A DNA stretch of 64,000 nt from an uncultured Eubacteriales bacterium. Lineage in GTDB: Bacteria > Bacillota > Clostridia > Christensenellales > CAG-138. The notes under the pieces were generated by a model. It ran no database searches. It was not told the DNA's origin and saw only the letters and a program-made list of their open reading frames with translations. The stretch spans positions 14,791 through 78,790 of the forward strand of contig CADCNE010000003.1 in assembly GCA_902802805.1 (NCBI GenBank). Reading direction: 5' to 3'. Shown one piece after another: positions 36,642 to 45,459 of this stretch; position 1 is the stretch's first letter, and each line of letters starts with the position of its first letter. The translations under genes were made by a program, and so were the position numbers.

Positions 36642-39440
36642 TTACTTGGCGGTGAGCTGCTGATACAGCTTCATAAGCTCGGCCACGCAGGCGGATTCGC
36701 TGTTGAGTTTGCCCCAGAAGCCGTAGGCCTCCATGACGGCCCGGTCGTTCTTCTGGTGGGCGGTGCGGAGCTCCGGGGGCATGGTGGCTTCGTCGTAGAG
36801 GTCTGCCAACGAGCAGTCCGGGTACAGGGCCCGGGCGTCCAGAATCCCCTGGGCGGTCTCTTTGATCTTCGCCCGCTGGGCCTCCGTGGGATCAGGCCAG
36901 GGGAAGTTGTTGTAGACAACTTCTTTTGAATACCGATAATCGCTCTTGATTCTTCCGCACACTGTTCTCATCCATGCCATATGCACATTAGATGTAATGA
37001 TTCCAAAATGATAGATTTGAGCGTTTGGAATGAAAAGCACCGCATTTGTAACCACGGTACTGTTATCGATAAATCCCAGCGGAACATACTTTCTGTTTTC
37101 GCTTGAATGGCAAGGAATGACAATAGCAGTTTCGGGGTTGTTTGTTTCTCTAAAAGTGGTAGGCGTCAAGGCAAGTTTTCTTGCACCTTCGTCTGGGCTT
37201 GATTTTCGCATTTCCATGACTTTGTTCACCCGATCAAGAACCAAAGGCATATTCCTTATTTCAGACGGAGAAACACCCTTTAACCAAAGACACCATCTAA
37301 GATCACCATTGATGAATTCTCTTGCGCCTACCAATCGCTTAATATATCTCTTTGCCGATGGTTCTCTTGATAGGAAAGCATCTAAATCGTCGTTATTTAT
37401 AATTAAATTGCCTCCGTCTACCGGCTTGTTCCCATAAATCATTTTTGGGATGTTGCAAAGCGGAAACACTCGACTTTCCACAAAAGTATCCGGGGCATCC
37501 ACCAGATACGCATTGATATTCTCTACCTCCTGTACCCGTTCCGCCGTGAACAGCAGTTTGGGCTTGCTGTTGGGCGCTACGCTAAATCCCACAATCACAC
37601 AATGCACATGGGCTTTCAAACTGGCTTCGCTGTCCCAGCGGAAGGTTCGGTGGGCAAAGTCAATATGTATGCCGAAACGGTCATAGAGGGGCTTCCAGAC
37701 ACTGGCCACCTGCTCGCCCTGGGTGATGGAGTTGGTGGACACAAAGGCGGTACGGATATCGGTCCCTTGCATGAGCTGGGCCGCCTTGAAATACCAGCCG
37801 GACACATAATCGTTCTTTCCGGCAGTCTTGTAGGGCTTGCCCTTCTCGTCAACATATATGGAAAGGATATCGTCCTTCTGGGCTTTGCTTTGCAGGGAGT
37901 AGCCCACAAACGGCGGGTTGCCCATGATGTAATTCAATTCCGCCTTGGGCACCACGGTCTCCCAATCGAGACGCAATGCGTTGCCCTCCACGATGTTGGC
38001 GTAGGACTTGAGGGGCAAAAAGTCCAAATCCAGGCTCAAAATCTCCTCCGTCTTTTTGAGCATCTGGCTCTCGGCGATCCACAGGGCGGTCTTGGCCACG
38101 GTCACGGCAAAGTCGTTGATCTCGATGCCGTAGAACTGGTGGATGGACACCCGGATGAGCTGGGATTCGTCCACCCCGAGGCCGATCATGCTGCCGGACA
38201 GCCGGGCCTTCAACACCTCGTTTTCCAGCTTGCGCAGGGAAAGATAGGTCTCCGTGAGGAAGTTGCCGCTGCCCGCCGCCGGGTCCAGGAACTTCAACGA
38301 GGCCAGCTTGTTCTGGTAGGCGGTCAGGAGCTTGTTCCGGGTATTGATGACGGGGTTGCTGAGGATGGCGTTTAGCTCCGCCTTGAGGTCGTCCAAAAAC
38401 AGGGGGTCGATGACCTTGTGGATGTTCTCGATGCTTGTGTAGTGCATGCCGCCGGAGCGCCGGGTCTCCGGGTTCAGGGTGCTCTCAAAGACGGCTCCGA
38501 AGATGGTGGGGCTGATGTCGGACCAGTTGAAGTCCTCGCTGGCCTTGGCGAGGAGCAGGTCGTATATCTCCTGATCGAAGGCGGGTATCTCGATGTTCTC
38601 GTTGGAAAAGAGGCCGCCGTTCACATAGGGGAAGGCGGCGAGGAGGGGATCGTCGTCTTTGAGATAGGGGTCCCGCTCCGGCTCCGGCTGGTCCAGGATG
38701 CGGAACAGCTCAATGAGCGCCTTGCGGGCGCCCTTGACGCCCCGGGACTGGATATAGTCGTGGAACAGGCTCCGCTTGCCGAAGATGCCCGCGTCCTCGG
38801 CGTAGAGGCAGAACACCAGCCGGACGCATAGGGCGTTGAGGCTCTTGAGGGTGTGGGGGTCGGTGGGGTCGATGTACCGCTTGAGAAAGGCATCGTAGAG
38901 CTTGCCCACCAGCTCGCCCGCCTGGATGGAGAGCTGCATCTCCTTCTTGATGTTCTCGTCGCCGGTGTCCGTCAGGAAGGCCAGCCGGGGGTATTCCTGC
39001 TCCAGATCCTTGAGGAGCACGATCTCCGGGTCGCTGTTGGGCCGGTTGTTGTCGTAAATGTGGAACTCCTTGAAGTTGCTGACCACGATCCAGCGGGGGT
39101 TCTTGTTGTGAGGGAGATACCCCGCGTAGCGCCGAGCCTGCTGGTAGGGGGTCATGAGGGAGCCGTCGGACTGCTTGTAGCCCTTCTTGAGATCGACGTC
39201 CTTCCCCTTCTGCTCGATAAGGACGCCGGTTTTTTCGATATAGGCGTCGATGAAGCTGGTGTGGCTCAGGAGGACGGGCAGCTCAAAGGAGAGCCATTTT
39301 TCGGGCTCCTCCACGCCGAACACCTTGCCCAGCAGGGCCCGCCAGAAGGACTGGGTCTCCTGCTTTTCATCGCCCCGGCCCGTCCAGTCCTTGATGAATT
39401 CCCGCGCCGCCTTGCGCTGTTCGCTGTCCTTCATAGCCAT
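36642..39440 (-). CDS. MmeI-family Type IIL restriction-modification enzyme (fused nuclease, N6-adenine methyltransferase and target-recognition domain)
   Basis: About 932 aa from the ATG at 39440, preceded by a GGGGG RBS. N-terminal D...EQK nuclease motif (FIDAYIEKTGVLIEQKGKDVDL), SAM motif I FLDPAAGSGNFL and motif IV IMGNPPFVG. MmeI-type C-terminal features include REFINGDLRWCLWL and MPPELRTAHQKNDRAVMEAYGF. Confidence 0.8.
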   Translation of the reverse strand: MAMKDSEQRKAAREFIKDWTGRGDEKQETQSFWRALLGKVFGVEEPEKWLSFELPVLLSHTSFIDAYIEKTGVLIEQKGKDVDLKKGYKQSDGSLMTPYQQARRYAGYLPHNKNPRWIVVSNFKEFHIYDNNRPNSDPEIVLLKDLEQEYPRLAFLTDTGDENIKKEMQLSIQAGELVGKLYDAFLKRYIDPTDPHTLKSLNALCVRLVFCLYAEDAGIFGKRSLFHDYIQSRGVKGARKALIELFRILDQPEPERDPYLKDDDPLLAAFPYVNGGLFSNENIEIPAFDQEIYDLLLAKASEDFNWSDISPTIFGAVFESTLNPETRRSGGMHYTSIENIHKVIDPLFLDDLKAELNAILSNPVINTRNKLLTAYQNKLASLKFLDPAAGSGNFLTETYLSLRKLENEVLKARLSGSMIGLGVDESQLIRVSIHQFYGIEINDFAVTVAKTALWIAESQMLKKTEEILSLDLDFLPLKSYANIVEGNALRLDWETVVPKAELNYIMGNPPFVGYSLQSKAQKDDILSIYVDEKGKPYKTAGKNDYVSGWYFKAAQLMQGTDIRTAFVSTNSITQGEQVASVWKPLYDRFGIHIDFAHRTFRWDSEASLKAHVHCVIVGFSVAPNSKPKLLFTAERVQEVENINAYLVDAPDTFVESRVFPLCNIPKMIYGNKPVDGGNLIINNDDLDAFLSREPSAKRYIKRLVGAREFINGDLRWCLWLKGVSPSEIRNMPLVLDRVNKVMEMRKSSPDEGARKLALTPTTFRETNNPETAIVIPCHSSENRKYVPLGFIDNSTVVTNAVLFIPNAQIYHFGIITSNVHMAWMRTVCGRIKSDYRYSKEVVYNNFPWPDPTEAQRAKIKETAQGILDARALYPDCSLADLYDEATMPPELRTAHQKNDRAVMEAYGFWGKLNSESACVAELMKLYQQLTAK

Positions 39441-39547
39441 ACACCCCCAGTATTTGACAACAGTATACCGCATTTTAGCGGGCCGGGCAAGGCGATATTC
39501 GCTTTGCCGACGAAGCCTGAATACCCCCCTGTGCTTTTCTTTTTCGC

Positions 39548-39582
39548 GCACCTTTTGCTTTTCACCGAAAAGAAAAAGGTGC
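39548..39582. repeat. hairpin of the CCTTTTC...GAAAAGG family
   Basis: gcaccttttgcttttc-acc-gaaaagaaaaaggtgc, which has one bulge. Confidence 0.75.
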
Positions 39583-39593
39583 GAAGGAAAAAT

Positions 39594-39622
39594 TTGAAAA
39601 TGGGCCTTGTGTGCGGTATACT
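39594..39622 (+). promoter_or_regulatory. sigma-70-like promoter TTGAAA-17 nt-TATACT for the Dabb gene
   Basis: Hexamers at 39594-39599 and 39617-39622. A GGAAGGAG RBS precedes the ATG at 39654. Confidence 0.55.
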
Positions 39623-39653
39623 ATGAACAGAAACCGGAAGGAGAGTTCGCTGT

Positions 39654-39938
39654 ATGTTCAAGCATGTGCTGTTGTTCAAGTTCATCGACCCGGAGGTGTG
39701 CGCGCCCGTGGTGGGGCAGAAACTGTTGGCCTTGAAGAAGACCGTGCCGGAGATCGTGGAGATCGAGTACCATCTGGACCAGCTCCACAAGGGCCGCAGC
39801 TACGACGCGGTGCTGGTGGTCACCTGCCGGGACAAGGCGGGGTATCTCGCCTATGACCAGGCCCCCACCCACAACGAGGCGCGCAAGTATATCCACGAGC
39901 ACGTCCAGGAATCCCATACCGTAGATTACGAGTATTAA
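39654..39938 (+). CDS. Dabb (stress-responsive alpha/beta barrel) family protein
   Basis: 94 aa. MFKHVLLFKF...YHLDQLHKGRSYDAVLVVTCRDKAGYLAYDQAPTHNEARKYI. Confidence 0.8.
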   Translation: MFKHVLLFKFIDPEVCAPVVGQKLLALKKTVPEIVEIEYHLDQLHKGRSYDAVLVVTCRDKAGYLAYDQAPTHNEARKYIHEHVQESHTVDYEY

Positions 39939-40199
39939 GCTGTCGAAAAACTGCGTTTTTCAACAGCTTAGGCTCCGCCTTCGCTCCGCTTCCAGGGACC
40001 GTCTATAAACCTGCGGTTTTCCGGGCACGCGATGCGTTAAGCAAACATGCCTGTGGCATGTTTGTAGCGGAGCGGGGAGCAATCTATGATTGCGACCTGA
40101 CCTGCAAGGGGTCAAACGCACCGCACATGTCGCTGCGTTTGACACATTTCAGCCTGCCGTTCTTCCTAAGTCTCTAGCGTGCGCGCGGCTACACCGCGC
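39937..40199. repeat. cluster of intergenic hairpins in the uvrB upstream region
   Basis: Hairpins at 39937-39969, 40043-40063, 40079-40093, 40111-40143 and 40182-40199, plus the long-range pair gctccgct(39983-39990)/agcggagc(40066-40073). Confidence 0.8.
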
Positions 40200-40251
40200 C
40201 TTGCGTTGCCCGGCAGATCGAACTCGAATTACGAAAGGAAAAGGTATACCA

Positions 40252-42254
40252 TTGTTTAAAGTCGTTTCCCCCTTCACCCCTCAGGGCGACCAGCCCGAGG
40301 CCATAGAAAAGCTCAGCGAAGGTGTTTTAAGGGGCGATAAGCTCCAGGTCCTTTTGGGCGTCACCGGCTCCGGCAAGACCTACACCATGGCCAAGGTCAT
40401 AGAGCGGGTCCAGAAGCCCACGCTGGTCCTCGCTCACAACAAGACCCTGGCGGCTCAGCTCTGCTCCGAGCTCAAGGGGTTCTTCCCCGACTCGGCGGTG
40501 GAGTATTTCGTTTCCTATTACGATTACTACCAGCCGGAGGCCTACATCGCCTCCAGCGACACCTATATCGAAAAGACCACCGCCGTCAACGAGGAGATCG
40601 ACCGGCTCCGCCACTCCGCCACCTGCGCCCTGAACGAGCGATCGGACGTGATCATCGTGGCGTCGGTCAGCTGCATCTACGCCCTCGGCGACCCGGAGGA
40701 GTATCTAAAGCTCTCCCTGTCCCTGCGGCCCGGCATGGAGATCAGCCGGGAGGAGGTCATGCGGCGGCTCGTGGACATCCAGTTCCAGCGGAACGATCTC
40801 GACTTCCAGCGGGGCACCTTCCGGGTCCGGGGGGACATTTTGGACATCTTCCCCATGGGGAACGAGGGCAAGGCCTTCCGCGTCAGCTTCTTCGGGGACG
40901 AGATCGAGCGCATCACCGAGATCAACACCCTGACCGGCGAGGTGCTGAGCCACCAGGACCACGTGGCCGTCTTCCCCGCCTCCCACTACGCCACGGGCCA
41001 GGCGAAGAGGACATCGAGCGGGACATGGAGATCCGGCGGGACCAGTTTTTGGACGAGAACAAGCCCCTGGAGGCGGAGCGCATCGAGCAGCGGGTCCGCC
41101 ACGACATGGAGATGATGCAGGAGATCGGCTACTGCACCGGCATCGAGAACTACTCCCGGTATTTCGACGGCCGCGCCCCCGGGGAGCCCCCCTACACGCT
41201 GATCGACTACTTCCCCAAGGACTTCCTGCTGATCATCGACGAGAGCCACGTGACCATCCCCCAGATCGGGGCCATGTACCGGGGGGACAGGATGCGCAAG
41301 GAGGAACTGGTGAAGTATGGCTTCCGGCTGCCCTCCGCCTTCGACAATAGGCCCCTCCAGTTCGACGAGTTTTTAGCCCGCATCCCCCAGATGCTCTGCG
41401 TGTCCGCCACGCCGGGCCCCTGGGAGCTCAGCCGCTGCACCCAGGTGGCGGAGCAGATCATCCGGCCCACGGGCCTGGTGGATCCGGAGATCTTCCTAAG
41501 GCCCATCGAGGGGCAGATCGACGACATCCTGTCCGAGGTGCGCCTCACCGCCCAAAAGGGCTATCGGACCCTCATCACCACGCTGACGAAGCGCATGGCC
41601 GAGGACCTGACCGAGTACCTGGACGGCATGGGCGTCCGGGTCCGGTACATGCACAGCGACATCGACACCCTGGATCGAATGGAGATCATCCGGGACCTGA
41701 GGCTGGGCGAATTCGACGTGCTGGTGGGCATCAATCTGCTGCGGGAAGGCCTGGACCTCCCCGAGGTGGGGCTGGTGGCCATATTGGACGCGGACAAGGA
41801 GGGCTTCCTGCGGTCCGAGACCTCCCTCATCCAGACCATCGGCCGGGCCGCCCGGAACGCCGAGGCCCGGGTGCTCCTGTCCGCGGACACCGTGACCCCC
41901 TCCATGCGCCGGGCCATGGACGAGACCGAGCGCCGCCGCAAGAAGCAGATGGCCTTCAACGCCGAGCACGGCATCACGCCCCGGACCATCATCAAGGAGG
42001 TCAGCGCTCTCTTAGGCATCAGCCACAAGGCGGAGGCCGGGGAAACGGTCTATTCGGAGCGGGAGAAGGAGGCGCGCATCGCGCTCCTCCAGGAGCAGAT
42101 GCAGCAGGCGGCCCGGGAGCTGGAGTTCGAGCAGGCGGCCAAGCTCCGGGACGAGATCCGAAAGCTCCGGGGCGAGGCGGTCACCACCTCCAAACAGGTC
42201 CGCCCGGGCATGGTGGGCTCCGCCAAAAAGAGCCGGGGCCGGTCTCGGAAGTAG
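40252..42254 (+). pseudogene. uvrB: excinuclease ABC subunit B, split into two frames near 40993-41010 as sequenced
   Basis: TTG start at 40252 after an AAGGAAAAGG RBS. Walker [19 protein letters not shown], and ...[10 protein letters not shown] in frame 1. Frame 2 continues [29 protein letters not shown]...DESHVT...[14 protein letters not shown]...UVR domain. Confidence 0.85.
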
Positions 42255-42266
42255 CGTAATTGCAGT

Positions 42267-44704
42267 TTATGATCGTTTGGAGCGATCCGTTTTGGGTCGC
42301 TTTTTTCTTTTGAACGCGCGGAACAGCACATAGACACAGCCAAGGATCATAGACCCGAGGCCCCCCAGGAACAGGTACCCGGCGAATTGTGCCGGGGGCT
42401 CCTCCGGAGGCGGCGTGGGCGTGGGCGAGCTCTTCGGCGCAAAGGTGCTCACCCGGATGGCCGGCGGGTCCGCACCGATAGCGCCACCCTCCTGCGGCGG
42501 CGTGGGTGTGAGGATGCTCACCCGAATGGCCGGCGTCTCCGTCGGGGCAGGCGTCGGCATCGGCGTTGACGTAGCCGTGGGCGTAGGCGTCGGCGTTGAG
42601 GTCGGCGTGGGAGTAGCCGTGGGCGTGGTGCGCCGCTTGGGTGTCGAAGTAGGCGTTGGTGTCGGCACCGGTGTCGATGAAAGCGTAGGGGTCGCTGTTG
42701 GTGTAGGCGTTGGAGTCGGAATAGGAGTAGGAGACGGTGTCGCTGTGGGTGTAGGAGAAGGCGTCACCGTCGGGGCTGGAGACGGCGTTGGAGTCTGAGT
42801 AGGTGAAGGCACCGCCGTTGGTGTTGGAGACGGTGTTGGAATCGGAGTAGGGGAAAGCGTCGCCATCGGTGTTGGAGTCGGAGTAGGCGAGGGTGTCGCC
42901 GTCGGTGTTGGAGATGGCGTTGCAATTGGAGTAGGTGACGGTGTCGCTGTAGGAGTCGGCGATGGCGTCAACGATGGAGTCGGCGACGGTGTTGCTGTAG
43001 GGGTAGGTGAAGGCGTTGGTGTCGGGGATGGCGTTGGAGTCGGAGTCGGCGACGGTGTTGCTGTCGGGGTAGGCGAAGGCGTCGCCGTCAGTGTTGGAGA
43101 CGGCGTTGGAGTCGGAGTAGGAGACGGCGTTGGTGTGGGGGTAGGGGACGGCGTTGAGGTCGGAGTAGGCGAAGGCGTCGCCGTCGGTGTTGGAGACGGC
43201 GTTGGAGTCGGGGTAGGCGAAGGCGTCGCCGTTGGAGTTGGGGATGGCGTTGGTGCGGGAATGGGCGACGGCGTCGCTGTTGGGGTAGGTGACGGTGTAG
43301 CTGTTGGGGTAGGCGAAGGCGTCACCGTCAGTGTTGGAGACGGCGTTGGAGTCGGAGTAGGGGACGGCGTTGGTGTGGGGGTAGGGGACGGCGTTGGGGT
43401 CGGAGTAGGCGACGGCGTTGGTGTGGGGGTAGGGGACGGCGTTGGGGTCGGAGTAGGCGACGGCGTCTCGCTGGCGGGTTAGTAGACGGCGTTGGGGTCA
43501 GAGTAGGCGTCGGCGTTGCTGTGGGCGTTGGGGTAGGCGTCGGTGTCGATAAAGGTGTCGCTGTTGATGTAGGCGAGGGCGTCACCGTCGGCGTTGGCGA
43601 TGGTGAAGCAATTGGGGTGGGCGTTGGTGTCGCTGTAGCAGTTGTAGTAGGTGAAGGCGTCACCGTCGGTGTTGCTGTTGGCGTAGCGGTGGGCGTGGCG
43701 ATAGCCGTGGGACTGGCGGTGGGCGTAGCAGTCGCCGTGGGACTGGCGGTGGGTGTAGCGGTAGACGTTGGGGAAGGCGTGATCTCAGCCGTTGCCGTGG
43801 GGCTGGCGGTGGGCGAAGCGGAGGAGGTGGCCGTTGGGCCGGCGGTGGGCGAACCGGAAGCGGTGGCTGTGGGGCCGGCGGTGGGCGAGGCGGAAGCGGT
43901 GGCTGTGGGGCCGGCGGTGGGCGAACCGGAGGCGGTCGCCGTGGGACCGGCGGTAGATGTGGCGGTGGACGTGGCGGTCGGCCCTGCGGAGGAAGAGGGA
44001 GAGGCTCCGGGGCTGCCGCCGGGCGTCGGAAAAGGGCCCCCCGAGGACGTGGGCGCGGGGGTCGGTGTGACCGTGGGCGTCGGTGTAGGCGTTGGCGTCG
44101 GTGTAGGCGTCGGCGTCGGTGTGGGGGTAGGTGTCGGAGTAGGGGTCGGTGTAGGCGTAGGCGTGGGCGTAGGCAGGGGTTCGGCGCTGATATGGGCGCC
44201 CAGGATGATCCGGCCGCTGTCGTTGGCGGAGAGGACGCCGGTGACGGTCAGCACCTGCTCGTCCATAAAGGCGTCCAGCGAGAGCTGGATGTTCGCCGCC
44301 ACGAAGGCGGCCTTGGTGTCCCTGACCCGCACCCGGACCGCCATCAGGCCGTTGCCCAGCTGGTCGATGGTGGCGCTGACGGTGGAGGCTGACGCACCGG
44401 AATCCGAGATGCTCTCGATCATGGCGTCGCTGATCTCGGGGATCTTGTACCCGCTGGGCTCGAAGAACATATCGTAGCCGGACACCGTGACCACCTTGCC
44501 CACGGCCACCGCATCCAGCAGATCCCCGTTGGATTTGTCCAGTCGAGCGAGCTTTCCCGTGGTCCCGTTTTGGAGGTAGGCCTCCCGCTTGCTTCGACTA
44601 TAGTAGGTGACCTGGCCGGTGAAGGAGCCGCCCGCAGCCGCGGGACAAAAAGGGACCGCGGTCAACAGCAGCAGCGTCGCCAACAGGACCACGATCCGTT
44701 TCAT
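42267..44704 (-). CDS. giant Pro/Thr/Ser/Ala-rich surface stalk protein with a signal peptide and a C-terminal TM anchor. The frame is interrupted near 43467-43481 as sequenced.
   Basis: The ATG at 44704 gives [25 protein letters not shown], followed by a ~150-aa folded domain and about 600 aa of low complexity. The C-terminus is [29 protein letters not shown]. The upstream part is in one frame (stop at 43328) and the downstream part in another (open from 43478). Confidence 0.7.
42282..42306 (+). terminator. rho-independent terminator of uvrB, embedded in the 3' coding end of the convergent PT-rich gene
   Basis: gcgatcc-gtttt-gggtcgc followed by tttttt. Confidence 0.7.
43363..43458. repeat. 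exact 48-nt tandem duplication inside the PT-repeat coding region
   Basis: gacggcgttggtgtgggggtaggggacggcgttggggtcggagtaggc occurs at 43363-43410 and again at 43411-43458, with a partial third copy following. Confidence 0.9.
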
Positions 44705-44730
44705 ATGTATCCTCTTTTGAAAGAAAAGAA

Positions 44731-45459
44731 TTATTCGGTATACTGCTCGATGGCCTTCAACGCCACGTCCAGGGCCCGGCCCTTGTGCTGGGCGGAGATG
44801 CGCAGCAGGTCCTCGTCGGTCACGTCCTGGTCCATGCCCGTGGCGTAGCGGGCGATGATGCCGATGGACGCGTACTTGATGCATACCTCCCGGCAGAGGG
44901 GCGCCTCGGGCACCAGGGTGATGCCGATGACCTGGGCGTCCATGGCCCGCATCATCCGCGCCTCGGCGGCGGTCTCGTACCGGGGCCCGTCCACGCAGGC
45001 GTAGATGACTCGGCCCTCGTAGGGGATCTTCTCCGCCTCGATGACCTTCTCGAGAACGCCGGTCATGCGGGAATCGAATACGTCGTCCATGCCCGCGTGC
45101 CGCAGCAGCCGGTGCTCCATGCGGAAGGAGCTGGGCCGAAGCCGAGTGTAGTCGATGAAGTCGGAGACCAGGCAGAAGCTGCCCAGCCGGAAGGAGTAGT
45201 CGCAGGTGCCCATGACGGAGATGCTGATGATGTGGGTCACACCGCAGAGGTACAGGGCGAAGATGTTGGCCCTGAAGTTGGTCTCGTAGGCGTCCTCCTG
45301 GAGGCAGACGCTGTGACGGGTGAGGAAATCCACCTCCTTGCCGCCCGGCAGCGTAGCGTGGATGACTCGGGCGTTGCCGTAGGGGGTGGTGACCACCTCG
45401 GTGTGGTGGGGGAAGGTGATGGCGTCCTCGGAGTTGCAGCCGATGATGGCAAACTTCAT
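44731..45459 (-). CDS. purine nucleoside / methylthioadenosine phosphorylase family protein (divergent)
   Basis: [44 protein letters not shown] resembles PNP family 2. The N-terminal IIGCNS replaces the usual IIGGSG. Confidence 0.7.
   Translation of the reverse strand: MKFAIIGCNSEDAITFPHHTEVVTTPYGNARVIHATLPGGKEVDFLTRHSVCLQEDAYETNFRANIFALYLCGVTHIISISVMGTCDYSFRLGSFCLVSDFIDYTRLRPSSFRMEHRLLRHAGMDDVFDSRMTGVLEKVIEAEKIPYEGRVIYACVDGPRYETAAEARMMRAMDAQVIGITLVPEAPLCREVCIKYASIGIIARYATGMDQDVTDEDLLRISAQHKGRALDVALKAIEQYTE

Noticed and set aside
40217-40234. Possible LexA (Cheo-type GAAC-N4-GTTC) box in front of uvrB: cGAACtcgaATTAcg.
   Set aside because: Only the left half-site matches, and the right half is ATTA instead of GTTC. 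This is too weak to call without a genome-specific LexA motif.
43328-43478. A third reading frame across the PT repeats, giving [19 protein letters not shown]... (an aromatic-rich repeat), considered as the real product.
   Set aside because: It connects neither to the signal peptide upstream nor to the TM anchor downstream. It arises automatically from the same nucleotide repeat.
42560-44175. Periodic short repeats that might be mistaken for a CRISPR array or VNTR locus.
   Set aside because: There is no constant repeat separated by unique spacers of CRISPR size. The periodicity is 6-48 nt, in-frame, and lies inside a long ORF encoding Pro/Thr-rich peptide. No cas genes are in the window.
43135-44477. 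[11 protein letters not shown]-type ORFs at 43135-43482 and 43521-44477, and also at 34370-34702 and 42415-42798.
   Set aside because: They are the reverse-complement reading of the PT-repeat coding tracts. The sense frames carry signal peptides and membrane anchors, and these frames do not.
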